The translations under genes and the position numbers were made by a program. Below, piece by piece: positions 39,053 through 51,840 of a stretch of DNA of 64,000 nucleotides. A model generated the notes under the pieces. It searched no databases and was not told the DNA's origin. It was given only the letters and a program-made list of their open reading frames with translations. The first letter of the stretch is position 1. Each line of letters opens with the position of its first letter. The stretch comes from Octopus sinensis (lineage: Eukaryota), in the NCBI RefSeq assembly GCF_006345805.1, contig NC_043000.1:95480001-95544000 (forward strand). The letters are read 5' to 3'.

Positions 39053-39434
39053 ATATATAGATATATAATATATATATATTTTGTATGTATACTTAGAGTT
39101 GAATCGTTAGTTCAACTTATGGCGTTCTGGTAATTTGATGTACTAGCTTCCTATATCCGCATTCATTTGTGAACATGCACTTGTATTGTATAATGCGTAG
39201 CTTGCATGTTATGTATACTATAACGCAGAATTTAAAAATTATCACTGAAATTATTTAGTGTATAGTAAATGGAGAAGGCTGTGAAACGGCAGTAATCCTA
39301 AAGATATCATGTAGTTAAATAAATATATTCACCTCCCATAATCTCCTGAAATTTTTATGGCTTATATGTTTATATATAGAGAGTTCTACCCTAGAACTGT
39401 CAACCATTTGATGTTGGTAACAAATAATAGATAG

Positions 39435-39985
39435 AATACTCTTTTACTCTTTTACTTGTTTCAGTCATTTGATCGTGGCCATGCTGGAGCACCGCCTTTA
39501 GTCGAGCAAATCGACCCCCAGGACTTATTCTATCGGTCTCTTTTGCCGAACCGCTAAGTTACAGGGACGTAAACACACCACCGTCGGTTGTCAAGTGGCG
39601 ATGGTGGTAAACACAGACACACACGCACACAAATATATACATATATATATATATATATCATATATATATATATATATATAAATATATTATAAATTATATA
39701 TATATATATATCTATATATATATAAATTAATATATATATATATATATATAGACATATATATATATATAATATGAGAGAGAGAGAGAGATATACATATCAT
39801 ACATACTACATCATACATACATACATACATACATACATACATACGACGGGTTTCTTTCAGTTTCCGTCTACCAAATTCACTCACAAAGATTTGGTCAGGC
39901 CGAGGCTATAGTAGAAGACACTTGCCCAAGGTACCACGCAGTGGGACTGAACTCGGAACCATGTGGCTGGAAAGCAAGCTTCTTA
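39435..39985 (-). mobile_element. SINE family A with an expanded internal microsatellite
   Basis: Reverse-complement 3' half at 39435-39630, 5' half at 39840-39985. Confidence 0.85.
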
Positions 39986-40832
39986 CCACATAGTCACTCC
40001 TGTGCATGGTTGCAAAACAAACTTCTTAACCTACGCCTACGCCTTCACTAATGCAACAAAATTTCTCAACTTACTTCTCCATTTAAATACACCACTAAAA
40101 CTATTTATGCCTTTGTTTTGATACCCCGTAATCTGTCTCCCAGCTTAAGACCCTTTCATTATATGATAGCTTAACGTTGTGAACTTCACTGCAATTTAAG
40201 ATCTTATGTAACAAACTTTTTAATTAATGCCTGTTTACATAATGAGTAATTGGAATCAACTGCCTTTAAAAGATATAACTTTCTCATTCAAGAATAGCCT
40301 CGATAGAACAATTGAGAATCCATTCTATACATTGGGAAATTTTCCTGCTACTTAAGTCAGTTGTTACATTCTGACATTAAAACAATAATTTAAGCGAAAA
40401 TGGTACTTCTTAATCGATATAAGGTATTCGTAAGTAAATTTCCGATCAATAAGTAAATGAAAGAGAACATTTTCATAACATATTGTAGAGCAAAGGTTTA
40501 GGTAAGTGAGTTATTCTCTGGGTGCATGTCGGAGGGCATGCCTGTGTGTGTGTGTGTGGATAGGGTAAATTCCAGCTGTTTCTTCTTGGAGCACATCTGC
40601 TTATTCCATTATTACAATCCAACATCTGGTTTCAGTTGCAGCTGTGTATTAGAACGAAATACATAATAAAGTTGAAAATTATGGAAACATTATTAGCAGA
40701 GTTATTGTATAACAAAACAGGAAGGTGAAAAAATATTTTTATAACATTTTTTTTACCATTACACATGTTTCATTTGCCAATAGGAATTACAGAGTTTTAT
40801 ATGTTAGATAGACAAGTAAAGAATTCCCCTTT

Positions 40833-41503
40833 TAGGGCCGAGAGCAAACAAAACATGGATAACAAGCATTAAAGAGTGCGAAAATGAATAAAGGTAATTT
40901 AAGATGATGGACATAGACGAAATAAATAGGGGCACATGTCTTGCTATTTGTTGTTTTCTAATCTTTTAGGATGCCTTCTAAGCGTTACCCACCATTCTTG
41001 ACTTTTTGTCCCTGAAGCTATATTTTGCTCGTTTCTTATTTATTTCGTCTTTGTCCATCGTCTTAAATTACATTAATTCACTTTCGTATGTCCACTCTGT
41101 TATCTATGTTTTGTTTTCTCTCGGCCCTATATTCTCCGCAACTTTCGCGGGCACCGCAAGCATGGGAAGTTCTCAGTATTATCATTGGTAGTGCAAAACT
41201 GAGTAATACCATCTGGTTGATAACTGATGAAGAATTAGGGACCTTCTGTGTCGATCTCCCGTCCCGTTATACACTCAGTATACATTATATCTTTTTTACT
41301 TGTATGTTTATTTACAATAGGTTTTTTTTTCATTTATTAAGTAACGGAACGCAACGTACACCGGCTTTATTAACAGACAGTATTATATACCCGTGCGACT
41401 CTATTTCTAGCCTTAACTCTTTTCCCTTCTTTTCTCTCTCTCGTCTTCTTACTTCTATTTCTAGCCTTTCTCCTTTCTCATTTTTCTACCTTCATCCCTT
41501 CCC

Positions 41504-41597
<94 letters not shown>

Positions 41598-42090
41598 GCT
41601 CTCTTTCTCCTCTGCCTGCTGCTAACACGTGACCCGTGGCCAGCCTTTCTTTCTCCCCCGTTTTCACACCGGTTGCGTAGCTGAGCTGACCGGTCCTAAA
41701 TTCTCTGTGTCCCACTGGGCACGTCATGCAATTTTATTTTTGTTTTCTAATCCTTTAGGATGCCTTCTAAGCGTTACCCACCATTCTTGTCTTTCTGGCC
41801 TTATATCGTCTTAAATTACATTAATTCACTTTCGTATGTCCACTCTGTTATCTATGCTTGTTATCCATGTTTTGTTTTCTCTCGGCCCTATATTCTCCGC
41901 AACTTTCGCGGGCACCGCCAGCTTGGGAAGTTCTCAGTCTTATCGTTGGTGGTGCAAAACTGAGTAATACCATTTGGTTAATAACTGATGAAGAATTACG
42001 GAACTTCTTAGTCTGTCTCCCGTCCTGTTGCACGCTCAGTATGTTATACTTTTTGTACCTGTCGTATGTTTATTTACAATGCATTTTTTC

Positions 42091-42095
<5 letters not shown>
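40833..42095. mobile_element. Non-coding element: inverted partial repeat + direct repeat + core + direct repeat
   Basis: 40929-41335 is similar to 41717-42095; 40833-40930 is the reverse complement of part of the repeat; the core contains (CT)n. Confidence 0.75.
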
Positions 42096-42136
<41 letters not shown>

Positions 42137-42286
42137 CACACACACCACACACACACACACACACATTATATATATATATAATTAATCAAAAAACTGAAAA
42201 ACCCAAGAAGAAGAAAAAAAAACAACAACGCGAGGACATGGTACATGCAAAGTATTAACAGACGCTCAGGGAAGGAAAAAAAGTTA

Positions 42287-42321
42287 GTTTTACGTTTCGA
42301 GCAAAGCTCTTCTTCAGAAAC
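42287..42321 (-). ncRNA. Minimal 35-nt type I hammerhead ribozyme
   Basis: Reverse complement: GUUU-CUGAAGA-A-GAGC uuu GCUC-GAAAC-GUA/AAAC; palindromic ACGU stem III. Confidence 0.7.
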
Positions 42322-42918
42322 AGGAGACAGAGGAAAGTCTAAGAGAAAAGGAAGACAGAGGAAAAGAATTGCCAACAATTCGTGTGTAGTTACCATAACA
42401 AACAAACAACATATCAGAACATAATGGCAACTTAAAACACCAGACTCTGTAATAAATAACAATTAGTTTCATTATATAAATACAGAAATCCACTACATTT
42501 CACTCTTAACAAATACTAGAATTACTATATATGGAGTGCAGTAAGGGAGCGAGGACAAATAGGTAAAAACGAAGTCGGAGAAAAGAACACGATAAAATCA
42601 CAAAAACCACGCGCATACACCTCATATGAATTTTCTCAGAGATGTTCATGCACATACATTCACGTACACATGCTCTCTCTCTCACACACACACTCACACA
42701 CACGCACGCACACACATGCACTCACACACACGCATGTGCACATATACATACACCAACTCGCGCACACAAAATATTAATTCAAATAGTAATTTCATAAATA
42801 GTAGAATCTCATAATTTTGTTTAAGTAACCAAATCAGTCTATACCATAATTTGTGTATACATACACGCATACATATTCACACGCGTGCATACATATATTT
42901 ATGTATGTATGTATGTAG

Positions 42919-43135
42919 GTATATAATTAAGAGAAATAACTCTATTAAGTAATTCAATAGTGAAAGACATCCATATCATATAGAAAAAAATTAAATATAC
43001 TATAATAAATATTATTCAAAAAATCACTAAATTAGATAAACATTAAATCGACTATTTAAATTTTTTCTATATGATACAGATAATGTCTTTCACTCTTGAA
43101 TTACTTAATAGAGGTTATTTCTCTTAATTATATAC
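42919..43135. repeat. Fold-back inverted repeat (~80-bp arms)
   Basis: gtatataattaagagaaataactctattaagtaattc... / ...gaattacttaatagaggttatttctcttaattatatac. Confidence 0.88.
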
Positions 43136-43214
43136 ATATATTTTATATTGTGAAATTTGATTTGGAATTGCTAAATTGAATTTTTCCCTGTAAGTTTGGA
43201 ATTATATTCCCTAC

Positions 43215-43296
<82 letters not shown>

Positions 43297-43364
43297 AATA
43301 TACACACACACATATATATATATATACACACACACATATATATATATATTATATATATATATCT

Positions 43365-43412
<48 letters not shown>

Positions 43413-43714
43413 ATATATACACATATAAATAGACGATATTTACAAACATACACACATCAAGTCATACTCTATCAAGCTTTCCATTATCAATCCTGAAAAT
43501 TGAGATACACTATACTGTGGTTAAGATTACATATTACGTGAATGGAAACGACAAGCTAAAATTTGGGGAGCATAATGTAGAAATAAACTAATTAAAGGTT
43601 CTACGTTTAAGAGTTAACTGATAGTATCAGTGTGCGAAAGTTCACGCTAATAGTTTAATTCTGGGTACAATATGGGGAAGACCAGCAGTACATTTGTGGA
43701 TATTGTTAACTAGA

Positions 43715-43889
43715 CGCAGGAGTGGCTGTGTGGTAAGTAGCTTGCTTACCAACCACATGGTTCCGGGTTCAGTCCCACTGCGTGGCACCTTGGGCAAGTA
43801 TCTTCTACTATAGCCTCGGGCCGACCAAAGCCTTGTGAGTGGATTTGGTAGGCGGAAACTGAAAGAAGCCTGTCATATATATATGTATG

Positions 43890-43922
<33 letters not shown>

Positions 43923-44122
43923 CTGTGTATGTCCCCCCCCCCCAACATCGCTTGATAACCGATGCTGGTGTGTTTACATCCCCGTAGCTTAGGGGTTCGG
44001 CAAAATAGACCGATAGAATAAGTACTAGGCTTACAAAGAATAAGTTCTGGGGTCGATTTGCTCGACTAAAGGCGGTGCTCCAGCATGGCCACAGTCAAAT
44101 GACTGAAACAAGTAAAAGAGTA
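43715..44122 (+). mobile_element. SINE family A
   Basis: As above. Confidence 0.88.
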
Positions 44123-44379
44123 GTTAATGAGAAAAGCTTTACAGTTAATTAATTCATAGATTAAATATATACTTACTACTATCTCTGTGTAGTAATGCTG
44201 AATTCCTAATCAAAATCAACCCATTCCGGACTAATTAGAGAGAGAAAACCTACAGAGAATAACTAGTGATAGTAACATTAATAATGCATTTAGGTAGAAG
44301 CTAAAAGGTTAAATTTTAGTCTTGTCTAGAAAGGACATATGGTACATGTGTGGACATCATATTATTACATCATCACATT

Positions 44380-44716
44380 CATTAATGAGAGTTGATTTAC
44401 ACCTAATTATTTCATAGATTTCAGGTGTATTAAAATTATAGATATCATTACTAACACTATAGGGTTGTGCTTTGCTTATAACAGACCAAGTAATTTCTTA
44501 CTCAATCTCTTTACCAGCAAGCATCCGTAGAAAATTAGCTAACGATATAAAATTAGCTTTACTCCTATCCCTAGAGCTGCAAGTGTGATTGTAATATTTA
44601 CATTTAAAATTATTTGAGGTAGCCCCAATATATACATAAGTGTTCCCAAGTTCACTTACTAAAGCAATATCCATCAAATGGAAACAAGGATTTATTTCTA
44701 CAGTTGCAGAGTTCAT
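44380..44716 (-). mobile_element. Penelope-like GIY-YIG C-terminal relic
   Basis: YVYIGATSNNFKCKYYNH..S.R followed by EITWSVISKAQPY. Confidence 0.7.
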
Positions 44717-44929
44717 TTACTTGATTGTATATTTTAAGTAGGATTGATATTTACTGTCATATTAAGAAGTGTTACTATCCTGGTTATTAAATCTAGGTGG
44801 ATTTATGTAATTATTAAAATTCTTAATTCTAGGAGTTATATAAATAGAGGAGACTGTTTAATCTTTTACTGTTGAATCTAATTTATTGCCCAAATTATCC
44901 ATGGGCCACGGTCTGAAAGTCCTCTGAAA

Positions 44930-47150
44930 CAACCTAGCTAGTTTATTTTCGCCGTCGCTCTAACCACTAATGAACAATAAACGCCATGATGGAACTTCCA
45001 CCGACCGCATTGCTCAACTGCTAGAGGGCTGTTAGTGCTTGACTACATTCTAGATGCCAAGCTCCCTGTCTTAGACTTGGTTTGATCCAGGACTACAGTT
45101 CTGGCAAAAAGACGAGCTGTGGAAATACTCGTCTGATAAATTGCGACCACACATGTTCACCGTCAAGAAATTTCAAAAGATGTAGCAGCCTCAGTGCATA
45201 CCTGAACATTATTAGCCACGGTATGTCCGGTCCTCCACTCAGCGAAAGTTGGCAGCAGACGGGGTGCTTGACAAATGAAACGTGTCCAATCCATAGAAAG
45301 TGGAAGAGCTGGCACTGCAGTCAAGTTAGACGTGAACTGAGGCAAGGCACGACAGCCAGGTGATAATATATGACGGAGGCAATATAAGCGTTCATCAACT
45401 CGTTCCAACCTTTCAGGGTAACTTCCTCTTGGCCTAATTCTGAGTGAGATTCGCCGTCATGTCCCAGTTTTTCATTTGGAAATCTGGACCAAACTAAGGC
45501 CTAAACAATTTAACCGTCTTTACGACCTTGCTGGACAGCATAGATCTCCCTCTCCAGATGCCAAGCAGTAGGCCCACTGATTTTAGTGATTGATTTTTGC
45601 TCTTGTCACCATCCCATATTCATTTAGAGCAGTGCGGATCACCTCGAAATGCCTGATGTCCGACATTATGACTGTGATGTCGTTCAAGTATGCCGACACG
45701 GATCTTCCGCATCTAATTCACTTGGGATGTACCACAACGTCTGTAATTTCTGCAGTAGTGGCTCAAGAGTCAGTACATAGCAGAGACGAGAGGAGAAATC
45801 TTGACAGATCGAATGCATGATACTGAATGATTCGAGTAGATGTTGTACATTGCGGCTATCTAACCGCGAATACAGAACCGAAACTGGCTGCTATAAGAAC
45901 AGCCGTCAAGTACTGGTGGACAACCCAATGGAAGGCTTTCGATTGATCAAAATTGATCTACCCATGCTAGATTCGTTATCCAACTTTTCTATTATGCATC
46001 ACATGAGGTGGAGGTTATCGTTCATCGGTCTGTTTGGGATAGCGCATGCTTGCACAATGAAAAATAAAATATAATACTTAAAAACAAAATAACGAGAAGG
46101 AAAAGTCACAAATAGGGGCGACAGCCATCGAGGACCATTTAGAGAACCCCACAGATTCAGGAATACCCTAGATACCAGAAGCAAGTTCCATCGCCCTATT
46201 GTCCTTTTCCGATCCACAGTTGTTGGCTTATTAGAGCAACGCTTGCCATTTTTCAATAAATTTACTAAGAGCAAGACAACTTCTCCAATCTCGACCTTTG
46301 CTCAAAGTGAAACTTGAAAAAGTCGATGAAGAATTGGCAATGGAGGAAAATGTCTGTTTTCAATTCTTGCATTTGTATCCAAAGGGCAACCTACTTTTTC
46401 GTAGCCAACTGAACAAAGAAAACTACCTCCTCCTTCTGGTCAAAGGAAGACTGGAGTGCGATTTTCACGTTGGACCCGCTCTGTATCCAGACCTATCATC
46501 CACGTTTCAGCAATATTTGACAAAAATTCATAAGTCAGCAATACTCAGACACCGAACATCTGAGTGCAAAACAGTTTCTGTGTACATCTCAGGAATATGC
46601 ATTTGAGGAAATTTCCTGCATAAAGAGTCATCTCGAACTGGGAATGATTCTTCCTCTCCCGGTAGCACTGCAAGACCAGGGATTTCTGGAAGTTATCCAT
46701 CGTCCCCGAACCGAAAGTCTTCTAAAGCAAACTAGTCAGTTGATATTCGTTAACGCCCAAAGTTGCCTAGAAAGCATCCACTGTCTTCCCCGCCGCTTAT
46801 CCTCAGATAGAGAATCTTCCGATATATTACTCGACTGGCAGAGGGTCGTGGCTGCTTACCAATATTCTAGATGCCAAGTGCTTAGCCTCGACCTTCGCTT
46901 GATCAATCACTGCAGCTGCATGGAAAAGACAAGCTATGGCAATATAACCAGCGAACCTAACAAAGAGCAGCTCACCTGTTCACTGTTCACAAAGAATCCT
47001 TGTGCATACCGCAATTTCAACGTATGTCTGTGCATCGTCATCTACTGTATACCGTTTCCCCACCTCTGCACAGGTGTGTGCAGAATAGACGGTCTACTCT
47101 TTTGCGTCTTCCATGACACCCCAATCTAGTTAGATAAAAAGTGGAGAGTT
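44930..47150 (-). mobile_element. Degenerate Tx1/L1-type LINE ORF2 (endonuclease + RT)
   Basis: Reverse-complement translation gives decayed DQSKAF..V.HQYL, LSSLLCTD(LEP), AYLNDITVIMSD (YADD-like) and FRYALRLLHL; many stops and frameshifts. Confidence 0.7.
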
Positions 47151-47479
47151 CGCCATCTCCGCTCGGCGTTTCAGGGTTAGCTTCCTCTTAATTCCCTTCT
47201 GACCGAGAATTACCGAACTATACCTGATGCAACTTGACCAATCCGTGGGTCCAGTGATCAACGTTGCTGGCCTTCGCCATGATCTTGCCTCATCAAGTGT
47301 CTACTGACATGTCGAGATTAACTGTTGCTCCTATAACTTCTTATATTGTTTTTCATTAGAAAGAGGCTGACTTTTTCGATTTCTATGTGTCCAATAACGC
47401 CATCTTAGTATCGACGTTTATATTTGCCAATTTGGTTCTTCAATGTCCCAATTCGAACTGATAGCACCCAAAAAGCTTC

Positions 47480-47792
47480 AGTCTCATAGTTGCTGCTGAG
47501 ACCCCCTTCGATCATGACTGACCATGGGATTGCACAAGTCCGAGCATGGTTGTTTCTGGAAGACCAGCAGTCGCCCATGCATACCGGCCTCCCCTCTCCA
47601 CGCCACCAGTATTATCCAAGGGAAAGGTAAAGGCTGATACAGCTTGGCACTTGTGACGTCGCAACTCCAGTGAACTTGAGCAACGTGAAATAAAGTGTCT
47701 TGCTCAAGAACACATGTAACCCGTCCGGGATTCGAATTCACACCCTCACGATCGTAAGCTCGACGCTCTAACCACTGAGCAATGCGCCTTCA
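47480..47792 (-). mobile_element. SINE family D variant
   Basis: Reverse-complement head gaaggcgcattgctcagtggttagagcg...gtgaattcgaatccc; similar to 57950-58270. Confidence 0.8.
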
Positions 47793-47845
47793 CAGTCTCA
47801 CAGTAGTGACTCAAAATTATTTAAATACAGAAGGAACAAGGAAAG

Positions 47846-48000
47846 ACAACCGTGACAGACGGAGCATGCAACATGAAGCGGTTCGAGTCACATGCCCAGT
47901 GCCACAGCTGTCCTCCAGTTTAGAACAACCGTGACAGACGGAGCACGCAACTTGAAGCGGTTCAAGTCACATGCCCAGTGTCACGGCTGTCCTCCAGTTT
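47846..48000. repeat. Two tandem 79-bp units, each a stem-loop
   Basis: acaaccgtgacagacggagc...ctgtcctccagttt twice. Confidence 0.9.
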
Positions 48001-48729
48001 ATTTTAATTACTGCAGTCCATTGAAGCGATCTAGCCTCTAGAAACGGGACATAAAGCATCTACTTTAAGAGGAACCCCTTGAAAGAGTCGACCATCGTTA
48101 CATCATTAACCCTATCAAGGATTTCCGATTGATCTGAATTGATCATTGTCCTATCAAAGCTATGTTTGTTACCTATTTTCTCCCAGTACAATGTATCTCA
48201 TAGAGTAGATATTGTTATGCATGAACAGTCTGCGATTTCACATGTACGCGCTTTCACGATCATGCTACCGACTACAAACGCCAACCTCTCCTCTTCTCGT
48301 GTGTCTTACATAAAAATCATCAGCGCTATATTCAACGGCATTATTGGACAGGAAATATTAATAACGATTGTTTTGTTTGCGTCTTTTAACAGCTCATGGA
48401 ATAGAAAATTCCCAAAATAGATTAATATAAAGACATAATTGAGTTATTCCCCTTGACCAAATTAATTAAACGTAGTTTTTAGAGTTGCTTCCCTTGGAGA
48501 AGAGTTGCTTTCCTTGTTCAATAAATAAGTTATTTCCCTTTGGTGGCACTACGTATGTCTACGTTCATGACAAAGTCCCTTGAGATTGGCTTTGCCCTTT
48601 CGTCTTTTTCGGCTAGATTAAGTTAGTACCAGTTGCGCACTGGGGTCGAAGTGTTAGACCCGTCCATTCTCTCAAAATAGCAGAAAAGATTGTTATAGCT
48701 TCGTCAACTTGCAGTTGAATACATGAAAA

Positions 48730-49112
48730 TACATGACGTTCGCTTCCCAACCTCGTAGTTTCGAGTTCAGTCCCACTGCGTGGCATCTTGGGCAAGCGTT
48801 TTCTACAATAGCCTCGAATCGACCAAAGCTTTGTCGGTGGATTTGGTAGACAGAAACTGAAAGAAGTTCGACGTTTGTATATGTGTCTTTGTGCGTATGT
48901 CTTTGTGTCTGTGTTTCTCTGCACCACCGTTTGACAACCGATGTTGCTGTATTTACGTCCCCCTTAACTTAGCAGTTCGGAAAAGTGATAGAATAAGTAC
49001 CAGACTTTTTAAGAAAAATTAAGTACTGGCGTTAATTCGTTCGACTAAAATTCTTCAAGGCAGTGCCCCAACATAGCCACAGTCTAATGACTGAAACAAG
49101 TAAAAAGATAAA
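48730..49112 (+). mobile_element. Diverged SINE family A
   Basis: SINE A core and tail. Confidence 0.75.
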
Positions 49113-49133
49113 AGTTATTATAATGATAACAAC

Positions 49134-49189
<56 letters not shown>

Positions 49190-49561
49190 TAATAATAATA
49201 AAGGGTAAAATTAATTAATCAATTAATAATTAATAATTTTACCAAGTAGTTCAATATGTTAAAAGAACCATTATCAGTAAACTTATACAAAAATTCTATA
49301 ATTATGAGCATAATTATAATTGGGGTTTAGCAAAATTTGCTTCACCACATACCGAAATTTAGAAATAGCAGTTAAAATACTATTCTACTACCATAAGATA
49401 TCTCCCAGACAGCAATACTCAACAACGCACGCAGGTAAAGAGAAAAAATAATGAATCCACCTGGCTCTGGTTTTACTTTATGTATGCACTTAATCAGACC
49501 CGGGTGGATTCGTTATTATGCTCATAATTATAGAATTTATACATATACATATATATATATG

Positions 49562-49695
<134 letters not shown>

Positions 49696-49786
49696 CATAC
49701 ATACCTATATATATATATATATACATACATACATACCTATATGTATATATATTATATATATATATATATGTATGTATATGTATGTA

Positions 49787-49859
<73 letters not shown>

Positions 49860-49867
49860 GTATATAT

Positions 49868-50113
49868 GTGCCGGTGGCACATAAAATACACCAATCTGAC
49901 CGTGGCCGTTGCCAGCCTCGCCTGGCACCTGTGCAGGTGGCACGTAAAAAGCACCCACTACACGCACGGAGTGGTTGGCGTTAGGAAGGGCATCCAGCTG
50001 TAGAAACATTGCCAGATTAGACTGGAGCCTGGTGCAGCCTTCTGGCTTCCCAGAACCCCGGTCGAACCGTCCAACCCATGCTAGCATGGAGAACGGACGT
50101 TAAACGATGATGA
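49868..50113 (+). mobile_element. RTE 3'-UTR-only insertion with (GAT)n tail
   Basis: Near-identical to 55700-55930; a decayed copy lies at ~52010-52195. Confidence 0.88.
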
Positions 50114-50325
50114 TGTATGTATGTATGTATATTTGTAGCGTAATATATGAATTCATTGAATCACTGAAAACTCCTCTAGTGGATTCAGATAACAGACAAC
50201 ATAGTAGTCCAAATAGAGGAGTATAATGCAATCATGATGTTCTGATGATCTTATGAGCTAGCTTTTTTTATCTGCATTGATTTGTGAATATACTTTTGTG
50301 TGTGTGTGTGTGCGTGTGTGTCTGT

Positions 50326-50386
<61 letters not shown>

Positions 50387-50701
50387 TGTGTCTGTGTGTG
50401 TTTGTGTGTGTGCGGGGGGGGGGGGGGGCATGCGTGCGTGCATGTGCATGTGGCTAATAGTGAGGGAATATCAATCCAGGCAAAATACTTTATAAGCTCT
50501 CTGCTGGTACAGCAGCTAAGAATATTGTTGGAGAACTCCAAGTATTCTTATAGAAGGGGCCAAGGTTATGGTTAATCACAATACTATATTGTAAATCCAT
50601 GGTTAGGCTCCAGACAAACTGTTTTTTACACAGACTGTAAGCCAAATTTGCTCTAATAAAGGAAAATTATGTAATGACCATTATTTATAACTTGTCATAT
50701 A

Positions 50702-50737
<36 letters not shown>

Positions 50738-50738
<1 letters not shown>

Positions 50739-51139
50739 CTATAGTTGTGGAGCTGTTTCCGGAGGGAACTGCAATCTTTCAGGATGATAATGCACCAATT
50801 CACATGGCTAAAGTTGTTACTAAATGGCACGAGGGGCATTCTAGTGAAGTTGAACATCTTATCTGGCCACCACAGTCCCCAGATCTCAATATTATTGAAC
50901 ATTTATGATGCATTTTAGAAAAACAAGTAAGGAGTTGATATCCTTCATCATCATCACTACAAGAACTGGAGAATATTTTAACTGAAGAATGGACAAAATT
51001 CCTTTGGAAACAATTCAAAGTTTGTACAAGTCTATACCTCATAAAATTCAAACTGTAATTACTGCCAAAGGTGCTTCCCCATATTAAAATAAATTTGTTT
51101 GAAATTTTAAGGTGTTTCCATTATTTTGTCTAACCCCTG
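50738..51139 (+). mobile_element. Tc1-like transposase 3' fragment with right terminus (D-36-E spacing)
   Basis: FQDDNAPIH...WPPQSPDLNIIEHL; ends ttgtctaacccctg|TA. Confidence 0.88.
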
Positions 51140-51799
51140 TATATATATATCTTTTATCTTTAGTTTTTTTAACCCATAAGGTGTAGCCATGCTGGGACAC
51201 CACCATTGATTACTAAACTTCTAAATCTATACTGATCCACTTCCTTTTGTTGATATTGGGTGAATGAGGAAGTTCAACGTTCAGTTCTGTTTCTTCCCAC
51301 CAAAAGAGATTATAAGACCAGTTTACATGAGAAAACTTTCTAGTTCATTATGGTTGATTATAAATACTAAAACTGAATATTATATGTTTGTTACCTTAAA
51401 ACAACTCAACTCATTCACCAGTGGGTCCAAAACAGTCAGTTCTTGATTGAGTTTCATCTATTTACAATTTTAGCTATGGGTAACCTTTTTTCTTTTTCTT
51501 TTCTGTTATTTAATTTCTGAGCATTACAAAAAAGATAAATAAAATAATGACATACTTAACTTTTAAAGAATGAACAATATACATGCATACACACAAACAC
51601 ACACACACATATTTTTTCTACCTTCTCGAGTTATGCCAACTCACAAGTTTCATGGTGTATATATATCACACTTGGACAAGATGCCAGTCTGTCACAGGAT
51701 TACTCGTTTTTGCCAGCTGAGTAGACTGGTGGAAATATTTGATAAGATGAGATTCGTCTGGGAGTCGCCAGCATGAACAACAGATATCAAATGATGATA

Positions 51800-51840
<41 letters not shown>

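Noticed and set aside
41222-41265. CUGAUGA in both direct repeats (also ~41985)
   Set aside because: No GAAAC and no complementary stem I.
41088-41684. 198-aa ORF
   Set aside because: It spans a non-coding repeat and (CT)n, has no recognisable motif, and its duplicate does not preserve the frame.
47846-48000. CRISPR-like or other prokaryotic arrays (also 17098-17170, 55540-55790)
   Set aside because: Contiguous tandem units without unique spacers, in a eukaryotic context with no cas genes.
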